A stretch of DNA of 64,000 bases. It comes from Microgenomates group bacterium Gr01-1014_16 (GTDB lineage: Bacteria; Patescibacteriota; Microgenomatia; CAZETR01; Amesbacteraceae). The stretch lies in NCBI GenBank assembly GCA_007376345.1, contig VMGA01000002.1, forward strand, positions 8,309 through 72,308. The letters are read 5' to 3'. A program made the position numbers and the translations under genes. The notes beneath the pieces were generated by a model. It saw nothing but the letters and a program-made list of their open reading frames with translations, made no database searches and was not told where the DNA came from. Position 1 is the first letter of the stretch; each line of letters starts with the position of its first letter. This document shows, one piece after another, positions 1 to 9,966 of the stretch.

Positions 1-519
1 GATAATAATTGCTTCTTCCGGCACTGCATGACTTAATGCATATTTTTTAAATAAGACCGCTTCTGGATCACGATTGGATTTATAGATTGGTGACCCACCG
101 GTGATTAATATTTTGGGAGCCATTTTTGATTTCCACAGGTCGATGGCTGTTTGAATCCTCAATGTACTCTGGCTGCCAAAAACGAAAATTAAGTCTGAAG
201 TTTTTGGACTATCGTTTTCTCCCAAATAAGCATAAATGTCGTTGGCTACGGTTTCCATATCCTCTAATGCTAATGTTCTTTGAACTACGTCCGTCTCAAG
301 TTCTGTTCCTTCAACGATAACTTCTTGCCAGGTTTTATCTGCAGTAAAAAGACCAGTGTCCAACTTTAATAAATTTAACCAAACGATCACCGAATCGAAT
401 TTGGGAAAGTGGATATTTTCTTTGCCTTTTGCAGGCTGACGCCAGGCCTCTTTCTTCATGATTTCCTCTAACTCTTTGACTGCCGGAAGCTGGGTGTAAG
501 AAGTCCTTTTAGTTGCCAT
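1..519 (-). CDS. YdcF/DUF218-family protein, partial (runs off window start)
   Basis: Own translation from ATG 519: MATKRTSY...SDLIFVFGSQ..RIQTAIDLWKSKMAPKILITGG..PEAVLFKKYALSHAVPEEAII, the YdcF pattern; absent from ORF track. Confidence 0.75.
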   Translation of the reverse strand, partial: MATKRTSYTQLPAVKELEEIMKKEAWRQPAKGKENIHFPKFDSVIVWLNLLKLDTGLFTADKTWQEVIVEGTELETDVVQRTLALEDMETVANDIYAYLGENDSPKTSDLIFVFGSQSTLRIQTAIDLWKSKMAPKILITGGSPIYKSNRDPEAVLFKKYALSHAVPEEAIII

Positions 520-1333
520 GAAACTTGAAATCTGTGGGTGGTTTAATGTAACCAAATTTGGCAAATTTTTGTTTTTTTAAATATGCTGAAAGTTGATCTC
601 CATCGCCAAAGTGCCAGAATTCACCAGGATGAGCTACAAAGTCAAATTCGGGAGCTGTCAGAAGATGGAATAAAATACGTCTCATTTTCATCCTGGCAAT
701 ATTAATTTCATTTAATTGCTGTTTTTGCTCTAACACAAACGAATTAATGATATCCCCCGGATACGAGTAAGATAACGGACAACCCGTTTGTAAAGACCAA
801 AGTTCCAGGTCGCATGCTCCTCCGGTGGAATGGGGACTGACAGAAACAGAGGCAATGGCTTTGTCTACATATTTATTGCCAAATTCTTTGGACATGAGTT
901 TTTTTGAATCCGTTTGAGTTTGGGTGTCTCTCCAACCGCTGTTTATAACCAGAAAGAGGCCGTGAAGACGCAGGAGTAAATCGACTTTTCTCAACTTAGT
1001 AGCTATTGATTTTCTTAGCCAGGCGAATGGATACAGATTTCTATTTTGCAATTGATCTAATAGCTTTTCTTTTTTGGCAGTGATTTCGTCAAGGTAAACA
1101 TTGAGATAATAGTCTTTGCTAACCAACCCGTAGTCCCCGCAATTTACTAACTCCTCACTGTTATCTTTAATAGGAAGTTTTTGATATTCCTGCCTATATG
1201 ATCCGTCATTATTTTCACCAACCTGGGTCTTTTCCCATTCACTAAATATATATGGCTTTTCCATTAGATCAGCAGCCCAGCCATCAAATTTATGATCTGA
1301 AATCCTCTGGAACTGTTTTACACTGTCGTCCAT
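509..1333 (-). CDS. M15-family D-Ala-D-Ala dipeptidase (VanX-like)
   Basis: SGWR, SPHSTGGACD (SxHxxGxAxD) and EFWHF motifs. Confidence 0.8.
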   Translation of the reverse strand: MDDSVKQFQRISDHKFDGWAADLMEKPYIFSEWEKTQVGENNDGSYRQEYQKLPIKDNSEELVNCGDYGLVSKDYYLNVYLDEITAKKEKLLDQLQNRNLYPFAWLRKSIATKLRKVDLLLRLHGLFLVINSGWRDTQTQTDSKKLMSKEFGNKYVDKAIASVSVSPHSTGGACDLELWSLQTGCPLSYSYPGDIINSFVLEQKQQLNEINIARMKMRRILFHLLTAPEFDFVAHPGEFWHFGDGDQLSAYLKKQKFAKFGYIKPPTDFKFHGN

Positions 1334-1398
1334 GCTGCTTGAGTAATTAGTTTACTACTTTCAATACTATCTGGTATTAGAAATAATGCGACCTTTTG

Positions 1399-1426
1399 AA
1401 TTACCATACTACAGAGTATGGTAATT
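1399..1426. repeat. Perfect 12-bp inverted repeat, copy 1 of CCATACT-ACAG-AGTATGG element
   Basis: AATTACCATACT acag AGTATGGTAATT; sister copy at 38162-38189. Confidence 0.85.
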
Positions 1427-1976
1427 AGACGAGTGTTAAAAACAAATCCAAAAGTTTTTGGCTGGATTCTTCCGGATGGACGGGGTCGTAGAGGAAGGTT
1501 TGCCAGCCAAATGATTTTGCTGCTTCAATGTGACGCGAGGTGTTCTCGATAAAAAGAATTTCGTTGCCTTTAACTCCTGCTTTTTGTTCTGCAAGTTTGA
1601 ATATTTTGGGATCCGGTTTGGCTAAGCCGACGACACTTGAGTCGATAATCACATTCCAATCCACTTCGGGCACGAGGCCGCTTTTTTTAATAGCATCAAA
1701 CATACCGGGGTACATGTTGGTGAGGAGACCGATGCGGTTTTTTGTGTGAATTTCGTTGATATCTGAATAAATGGACGGATTGGGTTCAAACCGGCTGACA
1801 AAAGCATTGAGAAATTCAGGACTGATTTTTTCTTTTCCCGCGCAGAGCTTCGGCTCAAAATCGTCCCAGTAAGCGTCGGTTATCCCCCACTCTTTTTTGA
1901 CTACTTCCCATTTATCCGTCCCACTAAAATCTAAAATTACTACCCCGCCTACATCAAAATATACAAATGAAATCAT
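1425..1976 (-). CDS. HAD-superfamily hydrolase
   Basis: FDVGGV motif I, LLTN, KPDPKIF; motif IV reads FIEN. Confidence 0.85.
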   Translation of the reverse strand: MISFVYFDVGGVVILDFSGTDKWEVVKKEWGITDAYWDDFEPKLCAGKEKISPEFLNAFVSRFEPNPSIYSDINEIHTKNRIGLLTNMYPGMFDAIKKSGLVPEVDWNVIIDSSVVGLAKPDPKIFKLAEQKAGVKGNEILFIENTSRHIEAAKSFGWQTFLYDPVHPEESSQKLLDLFLTLV

Positions 1977-2642
1977 TTAAGTGAAAATGTCTTTTTTTAA
2001 CTCTTTGGCTTTTTGAAGAAAAAATTCTTCCATTTCCCCCCGGTGAAATGGTACGAGCATTGTGGTTAGGTCTCCAAGTTCTTTAACTTTCAAAAATTGA
2101 CTGGATAACCCAATTGGGTCGATATGCCAATCAAACTTGGCTTTGGCGTCTAGGATTACCCTGTTTAAATCGTATTTGGCGCTTTTAAAAATAAAGAATA
2201 GATCGATGAAGTCCCTGGATCTGGGTTTCATGAATATAGTGTGCATTTTGTTGGCGGCAATATCCGGTAGGCTGTCCACATCCAGAGTTTTATATTTTTT
2301 GCCTTTTGATATACGAAGAAATGGATAATAATTAAAATCTACTTTTAGTTCTTCCCTGTCACTATAAGCCAGCTTGTAACTGACCAATCCCAGCATTTGG
2401 TTCTTTTTAATCTTACTCACGCCGATTTTTGGAGATATCTTTTTCAAAAAGGCTTCGACAATAACCGGATTCACTTCTTCGTTTTCACTGAATAAATCTA
2501 TGTCTTCAGATTTGCGGTGCTGCAAATGGAACTCAGCCAGTGCCGTGCCGCCAGTAAAATAGTAGTTGGCTACTATGTTTGGCTCTTTGGCGACCAGTTC
2601 CAAAAAGTGAGATTGTTTGGGAGTGAGTAGCGTTTTTCCCAT
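1977..2642 (-). CDS. AbiEii-family nucleotidyltransferase toxin
   Basis: YFTGGTAL...HRKSEDIDLF, K...R.RDFIDL. Confidence 0.85.
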   Translation of the reverse strand: MGKTLLTPKQSHFLELVAKEPNIVANYYFTGGTALAEFHLQHRKSEDIDLFSENEEVNPVIVEAFLKKISPKIGVSKIKKNQMLGLVSYKLAYSDREELKVDFNYYPFLRISKGKKYKTLDVDSLPDIAANKMHTIFMKPRSRDFIDLFFIFKSAKYDLNRVILDAKAKFDWHIDPIGLSSQFLKVKELGDLTTMLVPFHRGEMEEFFLQKAKELKKDIFT

Positions 2643-2839
2643 AATAAATACTCCAAAGCTCTGGCCTTATATGGATCCAGGCGATCTTTTATTTGCGGCC
2701 AGGAGGACTTGACTTCCTGTTCATTAAGTTTTTCTCCTTCGTCCAGGCCATAATTTATGAGTTGGGTCAGACGCCATAAACGATACCCTTCCGGATCGCG
2801 TTTTTTAAAAGCTTTCTCATCAACCGACCAATTCCACAT
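2573..2839 (-). CDS. Small partner/antitoxin of the AbiEii toxin
   Basis: Small ORF directly upstream of and overlapping the toxin; TATAAT 6 nt before ATG. Confidence 0.65.
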   Translation of the reverse strand: MWNWSVDEKAFKKRDPEGYRLWRLTQLINYGLDEGEKLNEQEVKSSWPQIKDRLDPYKARALEYLLWEKRYSLPNNLTFWNWSPKSQT

Positions 2840-2846
2840 GGCTAAA

Positions 2847-3326
2847 TTATACTCCAGGAGTTGGAGTGACGCTGGGGGAAGCGGTGGGAGTGATTCTGAT
2901 GGGGATGATGTGGATTAATTTGGCTAAAATACCGGTGTCCTTGAGACTCCCGACTGCGATAATCCTTTGACCAACTGCTAATGCTGCAGATGAGGTGGCA
3001 GCTGACTTGGATTTGATAACGGTATTGGAATCGAAGAAGATTGTGTATGATCTGTCCTTTTGAATCTGATGGGTGAGGGTAATGGTGTTGTCGTTGAGAG
3101 CAGAAATAACACCTATCACAGCCCGGCGCTTGAGTTGGGCAGATACTGAAGCATTGACTTCCCTGATTAAAATCTTTTTGGTTCTAAATTCGGCCTCCCG
3201 GGTAGCTGGCTTGGCAGTTTTCATTTTTAAAACCACATCCCTAATTTTTTCTGAACCCAGCCTGGCACGAATGACCTCTGGTCTGGCTGGAGATAACAGA
3301 GCCAATAATAGAAAAACGGGAATCAT
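2847..3326 (-). CDS. Secreted hypothetical protein (DUF5666/OB-fold-like)
   Basis: Signal peptide, LAVGQRIIAVG motif, P/T-rich tail. Confidence 0.55.
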   Translation of the reverse strand: MIPVFLLLALLSPARPEVIRARLGSEKIRDVVLKMKTAKPATREAEFRTKKILIREVNASVSAQLKRRAVIGVISALNDNTITLTHQIQKDRSYTIFFDSNTVIKSKSAATSSAALAVGQRIIAVGSLKDTGILAKLIHIIPIRITPTASPSVTPTPGV

Positions 3327-3814
3327 GGGCTGTAAACTAATTCCAGACTAACACTTTTTTCTTCACCGGTATCGCTATAAGCAGTGACAACAATGGAGTT
3401 GGTACCTTCGGCCAATAGAATCGTGCCTTCAAAGTTACCTGAATCATCGCTCTCGACGGCTACTTCATCGGTTTCGGAAAGAATAACCACATTTATATTT
3501 GGGGCTGTTTGACCTTTGACCAGCACTTCTTCATTTACTGCCAACTCATCGCTTTTGGGACTGGTGAGTGTCAAGAAAAACGTTTCAACGGGTGTTGGAG
3601 AAGGTGACGGACGCACCACTGCTAAAGGCACAGGAGTTGGAGCAGGTTTTGCGGATTGAAGCGCACCTAACTGGGTATAGGCAATGACCGCACCGGATAC
3701 TACAGTGGCCACGCCCAATACAATCAGAAATGGCATTCGGACTTTGGGGCGGGATGGAGGAACTAAAACTACCGGAGGAGGAGTGGGAGCTGGTTCTGGA
3801 GGGACAGGATCCAT
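3323..3814 (-). CDS. Membrane-anchored protein with C-terminal Ig-like domain
   Basis: Pro-rich N-terminus, one TM helix, L.EGTNSIVVTA Ig-like motif. Confidence 0.6.
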   Translation of the reverse strand: MDPVPPEPAPTPPPVVLVPPSRPKVRMPFLIVLGVATVVSGAVIAYTQLGALQSAKPAPTPVPLAVVRPSPSPTPVETFFLTLTSPKSDELAVNEEVLVKGQTAPNINVVILSETDEVAVESDDSGNFEGTILLAEGTNSIVVTAYSDTGEEKSVSLELVYSP

Positions 3815-3838
3815 GATTGTATTAGTATAACATTGAAA

Positions 3839-4888
3839 CTACAGAAAATAATTATCAATTGCGAATTGTAATTGTTTCATATAAAGACTCTTGAAATTGT
3901 ACAAATTATTGATTTCGTAAAAGACAATCATCGCGCTCCGATATTCATTAACATCAATGCTTCGATATGATAACGGAAAATAGTCGTAAGCTAAAAGTAT
4001 CGCATTTGAAAGCATGCGAGATGTTCTTTTATTTCCGTCGGAAAACGGTTGAAGGTAAGCAATCATAATCGAAAGTATTAGTGCTTTTTCCGGAGGAAAT
4101 TCAGTTTTGTTTACGATCTCAATTAACTGCCTTAATACGCTTTCGATTTGATGTTTATCAGACAAGGGCTCATAGCGTGTTCCGGAAATTCTTACTTTTT
4201 GAGATCTAATCCCGGAAGTTACCAGACCATTCGTCAAAACCTGATGCAATTGAATAATATCGGAGAAGTCAAGTTTTTTGAATGAATCTTTTTTGTGCAA
4301 AATAACATCAAATGCTTTTTTATGGTTCAAAATCATCACAGCCTCTTCGTCAGAATGACCTTGGGCCTTGATATTTTGTTTAATCAAAGTTTCTGTTTCA
4401 ATCAAGGTGTACGTATTTCCTTCAATTTGAGACGATTTCCAAGAAAGTTCAATAATAAATCTTTCAAGTTCCCTTCTGTAAATGGAGGGGTCTAATTTAT
4501 CCCCCGCTTCCTTGAAAATATTTTTGCTTCTTTCCCATAATTTGATTTCGTCCGGAGAATATAAACTATTCAGGCGAGAAAATACGACATTATTGAAATT
4601 TTTGTTAACAACCCGACTTTCTGCTTCAGTTTTAAAATAACTGTCTAAATCGAGATAAGTAAGCAAGGGATTTGTCTCGGCCAATCCATAAGTGGTGTTC
4701 TTTCCCTTCTCCGATACCTTGACAATCTTCAGATCAATAAGACGATTTAGATCCCGTATAAAAGTGATTCTCGAAATACTTGCGTCTGGCGAGACAATGT
4801 CTGCTAAAGCAAGGCGGGAAACGCTCCCCATCTGTTTCAAAACATCGATGATTTTCTTTTGACGGCCATTGAGATTCGTATCATTCAT
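3839..4888 (-). CDS. Fic-family protein with N-terminal HTH
   Basis: SSQIEGN inhibitory motif; Fic loop QPFSDGNKRTSR; start 4888 or 4906. Confidence 0.85.
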   Translation of the reverse strand: MNDTNLNGRQKKIIDVLKQMGSVSRLALADIVSPDASISRITFIRDLNRLIDLKIVKVSEKGKNTTYGLAETNPLLTYLDLDSYFKTEAESRVVNKNFNNVVFSRLNSLYSPDEIKLWERSKNIFKEAGDKLDPSIYRRELERFIIELSWKSSQIEGNTYTLIETETLIKQNIKAQGHSDEEAVMILNHKKAFDVILHKKDSFKKLDFSDIIQLHQVLTNGLVTSGIRSQKVRISGTRYEPLSDKHQIESVLRQLIEIVNKTEFPPEKALILSIMIAYLQPFSDGNKRTSRMLSNAILLAYDYFPLSYRSIDVNEYRSAMIVFYEINNLYNFKSLYMKQLQFAIDNYFL

Positions 4889-4929
4889 ATTCGTCAATCG
4901 TATCATAAATGATACGAATAAAAATTAAC

Positions 4930-5490
4930 TTATTGATTAATTTCAAAAACTTTAAATTTATAGTTTGGTAAGAGCAATGATTCAATATCAGAAGTGATGT
5001 CTCTGAAAACAGTCTCCATTCCTTTTGTATAGTGGGGTATAGTTTTTACTGTAACTAAACCAAGGCCTTGAATTACACCTCCACCAGATTTGCTGTAACA
5101 ATACGTTGACAAGCTATTTGCTCCCGCAGATTCTCCTGCTACAATTTTTCCACTGAAAAGATCACCAAGATTCTTGTATTCTTTTAACTTATCCATCAAT
5201 CGTATAGTTGTCCCTCCACCAAAATAAATAACGTCGGATTTTTTTACTTGTTCTATGAAATCAAGTTCTGTGGCAACTCTAAAAATTAACTCTTTATCCC
5301 CCGCAACTCTCTCAAATTGAGATTTATCAGTTTGATAATTGAGATCTATTTTTTCGTTTCTACCAGCAAATTCTACCAATAATATTTTAACTCTGTCCTT
5401 AGCGTCCTTCAAAATTTCAGCAAAAAACTTGTCATTCTCTGAATTTATGTGTTGCGCGTTACCTCCGTGGAGGATATATTTGGTTTTCAT
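4930..5490 (-). CDS. Peptidase E (S51) / class I glutamine amidotransferase-like protein
   Basis: YFGGGTT, GESAGA nucleophile elbow, TIPHY. Confidence 0.8.
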   Translation of the reverse strand: MKTKYILHGGNAQHINSENDKFFAEILKDAKDRVKILLVEFAGRNEKIDLNYQTDKSQFERVAGDKELIFRVATELDFIEQVKKSDVIYFGGGTTIRLMDKLKEYKNLGDLFSGKIVAGESAGANSLSTYCYSKSGGGVIQGLGLVTVKTIPHYTKGMETVFRDITSDIESLLLPNYKFKVFEINQ

Positions 5491-5497
5491 CTTTAAG

Positions 5498-6520
5498 TCA
5501 TTTGAGCGAATAATAGCTATTTTTGGTGCCACCTTTTTTTTTGACATATCCTTTATCAACTAAGCCCGCTAGCAGTTTGTGCGCTTGTTGGCGAGAAACC
5601 TTGAACTCGTTTACCAGATCTTGAGAAGTCACTTCGGCATGAGATTGGAGATATATGAGAATTTCTTGCTCTTTGGGGGTAGGTCTATCTATCACCTTTT
5701 CGCTCAACATGGTCGTTTCGATTCGTGAAAGAGCACTTTGGAGTGAATATTTCACGCCATCTGTAAAGTACGTGAGCCACTCACTTTTATCGCCTTCGTC
5801 GGCGGTACTCAATTTGTCGGAATACTCAAAACGATCCAAATCATAGTAATCATCTAAAACAAAATATTTATTGATTTGATACCCGTACTTGAGAAATATA
5901 AGGGCGGTGAGAAGACGGCAGGTACGACCGTTGCCGTCGACAAAAGGGTGAATATAGACGTATTGATGATGGAAAATACCAATTTTGAGTAAAGGAGAAG
6001 TGTCCGTATCTTGCTCAACCCAATTTAGTAACTCGGTTGATACTCTTTCAATTTCTAACTTATTGTGAAAAGGGGGTTCGTGTTTGACGCGTAATTTAGA
6101 GATACCATTCTTAGTTTCGTACCCCCCCACAACAACTCGAGTATTCCTGATCTGACCTGCGATGTCATTATCAACTGACTTAAGCAATTTAGTATGAAGA
6201 TCAGTCACCATTGAAAGAGTAAGAGGTTGGTTTACATGTTGATCTAGCGACTTGAGCAAGTCAAAATAATTTTTAACCTCCCGCTCATCACGGTTTGCAG
6301 GAATTCGATCACCTAGCAAAAGATTGGTTACTTCCGGGAAAGATAAAGGATTACCCTCGATACTATTACTGATGTAAGTGGATTTGATGAGATGGTCGCG
6401 CTGGAGATTAAGTTCGAGTTTTTTGGGGATGCGCAAACCCTCAAGTTGACCATATAGCCGCTCTATTTGGGTAAGATTGGCAATAATCCTAGGAGAAAGA
6501 GTAAATATGGGCTGGAACAT
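5498..6520 (-). CDS. Fic-family protein (class II) with C-terminal winged HTH
   Basis: SNSIEGN and HPFVDGNGRTCR. Confidence 0.9.
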   Translation of the reverse strand: MFQPIFTLSPRIIANLTQIERLYGQLEGLRIPKKLELNLQRDHLIKSTYISNSIEGNPLSFPEVTNLLLGDRIPANRDEREVKNYFDLLKSLDQHVNQPLTLSMVTDLHTKLLKSVDNDIAGQIRNTRVVVGGYETKNGISKLRVKHEPPFHNKLEIERVSTELLNWVEQDTDTSPLLKIGIFHHQYVYIHPFVDGNGRTCRLLTALIFLKYGYQINKYFVLDDYYDLDRFEYSDKLSTADEGDKSEWLTYFTDGVKYSLQSALSRIETTMLSEKVIDRPTPKEQEILIYLQSHAEVTSQDLVNEFKVSRQQAHKLLAGLVDKGYVKKKGGTKNSYYSLK

Positions 6521-6530
6521 ATGTATTCAG

Positions 6531-6572
6531 TATACAAATTTCCAATCAATTGTCAACTTATTTGTCAACTTA
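6531..6572 (-). promoter_or_regulatory. Sigma70-type promoter with tandem TAAGTTGACA repeat upstream of Fic gene
   Basis: Minus strand TTGACA-16-TATACT; the -35 is part of a duplicated 10-mer. Confidence 0.55.
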
Positions 6573-9278
6573 ATTGTAAGCTATGCAACCGTCACCGAGC
6601 CTAATTCGGGTAGTGGCATTTTTTGTATTTCTTGCCCGAGTTGCACCAACAAGGATCGTTGCGACCGAGGGATTTGTGATCGTTTTTGATGGCGGTTTTT
6701 TGGAGACCGGGGTGGGTTGGGGGTGGTGGGTAGTGAGATTGGTAGTGGGGGTGGGGGCAAGGGGCTGGGGGCCTATTTGGATTCTAAATAAGCGCTTAGA
6801 AAATTCCGAGTCGATTTGGGCGTGAAGGCGTTCGAACATGGAAAAGGCTTCGCCTTTATACTCGACTAAGGGGTCCCTTTGGCCGTAACCCCGCAGGCCG
6901 ATGCCGGAGCGCAGATCATCGACGGCGTCAAGATGATCTATCCAGAGATTGTCGATAGATGAGAGGTAAGCGAACTTAACGATATTTTTCCAATCCGACT
7001 CTCCCACTTGGGATTTTCGTTGAGAAATAGTGTCTATGACAATTTGATTAATTAAAGTGGTAATTTCTTTGGCCGTTCCCAGGCGTTTGAACTCGGAGGC
7101 CATATTGGCTTGAGAAGCGTCGTCGAATGGGACGACTTCGACCAGAGCCATAACAATAGGAGCCACTTCAGATTCGATGATGCCGTGCGGGGCGTAAGCA
7201 TTAACAATGTTAGTTAGTCTAGTAGTTAGAAGGTTCGTTAGTTCAGAGTCAGTGATTTCGTTGTTGAGGACACGATGGCGCAGGCCATAGATAATTTCAC
7301 GCTGTTTATTCATGACGTCGTCGTAATCAACGACATGTTTTCTGGCGTCAAAGTTGAAACCCTCTACTTTGACCTGGGCCTGCTCGATAGCCTTGCTAAC
7401 CATAGAGTGTTCGATAGGTTCGTTTTCGGGAATTTTGAGAAAACCCATAATTTTGGCGACCTGGTCGCCACCAAAAATACGCATAATGTCGTCGTCTAAA
7501 GCCAGATAAAACCGGGAAGCGCCGGGATCGCCCTGGCGGCCCGAACGGCCACGCAGCTGATTGTCGATGCGGCGGGATTCGTGGCGCTCGGTGCCGATGA
7601 CATATAAGCCTCCGGAAGCGACAACTTCGTCATGGGCCTCCTGCCACTGCTTACGGGCTTTTTCGTATTGTTTGTCGGTGAGTTTGTCAATGCCTAGAAC
7701 AAATTTAGGGTTGGGGGGGGGAGTGCCGCCCAAGACAATATCCACGCCGCGACCGGCAATATTAGTAGCTATGGTCACCGCGCCACTTCGACCGGCTTCG
7801 GAGATAATAGTGGCTTCTTTTTCGTGATTTTTGGCATTTAAAATCTGGTGGGGAACGCCTTTGTGTTTAAGAAGCTCTGATACTGTTTCATTTTTTTCGA
7901 TTGAAGTGGTGCCCACCAAGACTGGCTGGCCGGCGGCGTGTAGCTTGGCAATTTCATCAGCCAACGCCGTGTACTTGGCCCGGGTGGTTTTGTAAATTAT
8001 ATCTGCATTGTCCTGCCTGATCATGGGGCGGTGGGTGGGGATAATCAGAACGTCGAGATTGTAAATTTTTCTGAATTCTTCGGCTTCAGTAGAAGCAGTT
8101 CCGGTCATACCGGCTAACTTTTCGTACATGCGGAAGTAGTTTTGGAAAGAAATGGTGGCCAGGGTCCGGGATTCCTGCTGGATCACGACGCCTTCTTTGG
8201 CCTCGACAGCCTGGTGCATACCTTCAGACCAGCGGCGGCCGGGCATAAGACGGCCGGTAAATTCATCGACAATAACCACTTCATTGCCGCGGACGATATA
8301 GTCCTTGTCCTTGTGAAACAAAGCTCTGGATTTGAGGGCGTTTTCCAGGTGATGAATGGTATCAAAATCTTTTTCGTAGAGGTTGTCAAGGCCGAGCATT
8401 TTTTCTGTTTTTTGTAACCCGTGTTCAGTGAGAGTGGCAGTCCGGTGTTTTTCATCAATAATATAGTCGGTATCCGGAGAAAGTCGGTCGACTAATTTGG
8501 CAAATTCGTAATATTTCTGAGTGGGCTCTGAGTCCGGAGCGGAAATAATCAGCGGAGTGCGGGCCTCGTCGATTAAAATTGAGTCGACCTCATCGACGAT
8601 GGCAAAGTGGTGTCCGCGCTGGACCATTTCGGAAGTATCACCGACCATATTGTCCCGCAGATAGTCAAAACCAAATTCGTTGTTGGTGCCATAAGTAATA
8701 TCGGCGGTGTAAGCCTCTTTCCTGGACACGGGACGTAAATGAGCCAAGCGGTCGTCCCCATGCACGGGATCGAAGTACTTGGGATCATACAACAATGATT
8801 GGTCGTGGATAATAACTCCCACGGACAGGCCTAAAAGGTGGAAAGTGGGACCGTTCCAGCCGGCGTCACGGCGGGCAAGATAATCGTTGACAGTGACCAA
8901 GTGAGAGCCCTGACCGGAGAGAGAATTGAGATAGAGAGCGGGGATGGCAGACAGGGTTTTGCCCTCGCCCGTCTTTTGCTCGGCAACATTGCCTTCGTGA
9001 AATGCCGTGGCTGCAATGAGCTGAACATCAAAAGGGCGCAGGCCGATAGCCTGATCAGACGCTTCGCGGACGAGAGCAAAAGCTTCCGGGAGAAGCTGGT
9101 CTAAAGTTTCGCCTGAGGAGAGACGGTTTTTAAATTCGGCCGTGGAGGCGATAAAATCTTCAGGTTTTTTTAATTTCTTATATTGATCCGTGAAAGTATT
9201 CACCTGGGCGACCTTGATTTTTATCCTGTCTACTTCTTTTTGATTTAGGTCTAAGAATTTGGAAAGAAACTTGAACAT
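6570..9278 (-). CDS. secA: Preprotein translocase SecA (SEC-C motif out of frame)
   Basis: [39 protein letters not shown]; [18 protein letters not shown] in the -1 frame ending at 6601. Confidence 0.97.
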   Translation of the reverse strand: MFKFLSKFLDLNQKEVDRIKIKVAQVNTFTDQYKKLKKPEDFIASTAEFKNRLSSGETLDQLLPEAFALVREASDQAIGLRPFDVQLIAATAFHEGNVAEQKTGEGKTLSAIPALYLNSLSGQGSHLVTVNDYLARRDAGWNGPTFHLLGLSVGVIIHDQSLLYDPKYFDPVHGDDRLAHLRPVSRKEAYTADITYGTNNEFGFDYLRDNMVGDTSEMVQRGHHFAIVDEVDSILIDEARTPLIISAPDSEPTQKYYEFAKLVDRLSPDTDYIIDEKHRTATLTEHGLQKTEKMLGLDNLYEKDFDTIHHLENALKSRALFHKDKDYIVRGNEVVIVDEFTGRLMPGRRWSEGMHQAVEAKEGVVIQQESRTLATISFQNYFRMYEKLAGMTGTASTEAEEFRKIYNLDVLIIPTHRPMIRQDNADIIYKTTRAKYTALADEIAKLHAAGQPVLVGTTSIEKNETVSELLKHKGVPHQILNAKNHEKEATIISEAGRSGAVTIATNIAGRGVDIVLGGTPPPNPKFVLGIDKLTDKQYEKARKQWQEAHDEVVASGGLYVIGTERHESRRIDNQLRGRSGRQGDPGASRFYLALDDDIMRIFGGDQVAKIMGFLKIPENEPIEHSMVSKAIEQAQVKVEGFNFDARKHVVDYDDVMNKQREIIYGLRHRVLNNEITDSELTNLLTTRLTNIVNAYAPHGIIESEVAPIVMALVEVVPFDDASQANMASEFKRLGTAKEITTLINQIVIDTISQRKSQVGESDWKNIVKFAYLSSIDNLWIDHLDAVDDLRSGIGLRGYGQRDPLVEYKGEAFSMFERLHAQIDSEFSKRLFRIQIGPQPLAPTPTTNLTTHHPQPTPVSKKPPSKTITNPSVATILVGATRARNTKNATTRIRLGDGCIAYN

Positions 9279-9303
9279 ATGGCTTGCGGGTTATTATATC
9301 TGT

Positions 9304-9966
9304 TTACTCGCAAATTATCATGAGATTGGCGAAGCTGCGGACGAGTTCTGTTTTGGAAAAATGATTTCCGACTAATTTTACAAACTCCTGGGCGCTGGTT
9401 TTGTTTGCAGAATTATAAAATAGCCGGTTAAAAATTACTAATTGACCTAATTGTTCTAATTGATCTAAAAATTCGGGTTGCGAAGTAAACGCCGGAATTT
9501 TGTCGCCAATATATAAATCGACCAGAATATAGTCAAAGTGATCTTTAGCGTTTAGCGTATAGCGTTTAGCGTCCAGCTGAATTATTTCTAAATTTGGGAT
9601 TTTGTCCAAATCAAAATATTTTTTTCCGATGTCGATCATGACGGGGTCGATTTCCACGCCGACCAATCGGGACGGAGTAAATTTTTGGGAAATTTGGCGA
9701 ACTACAGTTCCACCTGCCAGTCCTAAAACAAGCCAAGATTTGCCGGGGGAGGGTTTGATTTTTTTGAAAACAGGGAGCCAAAGCTTGTTGACAATGCCAC
9801 CGCTTTGGGTAACTTCGGCCACGTCGGTGTGGATATAGCGGGAACCAAAACCGTCTTTGACAATTATCCTGCCATTGAACCGGGAAGGGATTGTCGCCAA
9901 AATTTGGGGAACAAAATACTTTTTAAATTTGGCCTGAAGTTGGGATATGATTGGCACATATGGCAT
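9304..9966 (-). CDS. Spermidine-synthase-like SAM-dependent methyltransferase
   Basis: LVLGLAGG, VEIDP, DYILVDLY; start uncertain. Confidence 0.75.
   Translation of the reverse strand: MPYVPIISQLQAKFKKYFVPQILATIPSRFNGRIIVKDGFGSRYIHTDVAEVTQSGGIVNKLWLPVFKKIKPSPGKSWLVLGLAGGTVVRQISQKFTPSRLVGVEIDPVMIDIGKKYFDLDKIPNLEIIQLDAKRYTLNAKDHFDYILVDLYIGDKIPAFTSQPEFLDQLEQLGQLVIFNRLFYNSANKTSAQEFVKLVGNHFSKTELVRSFANLMIICE

Noticed and set aside
509-1333. Glycopeptide-resistance (van) cluster
   Set aside because: No vanH, vanA or vanRS in the window; only a lone M15 dipeptidase
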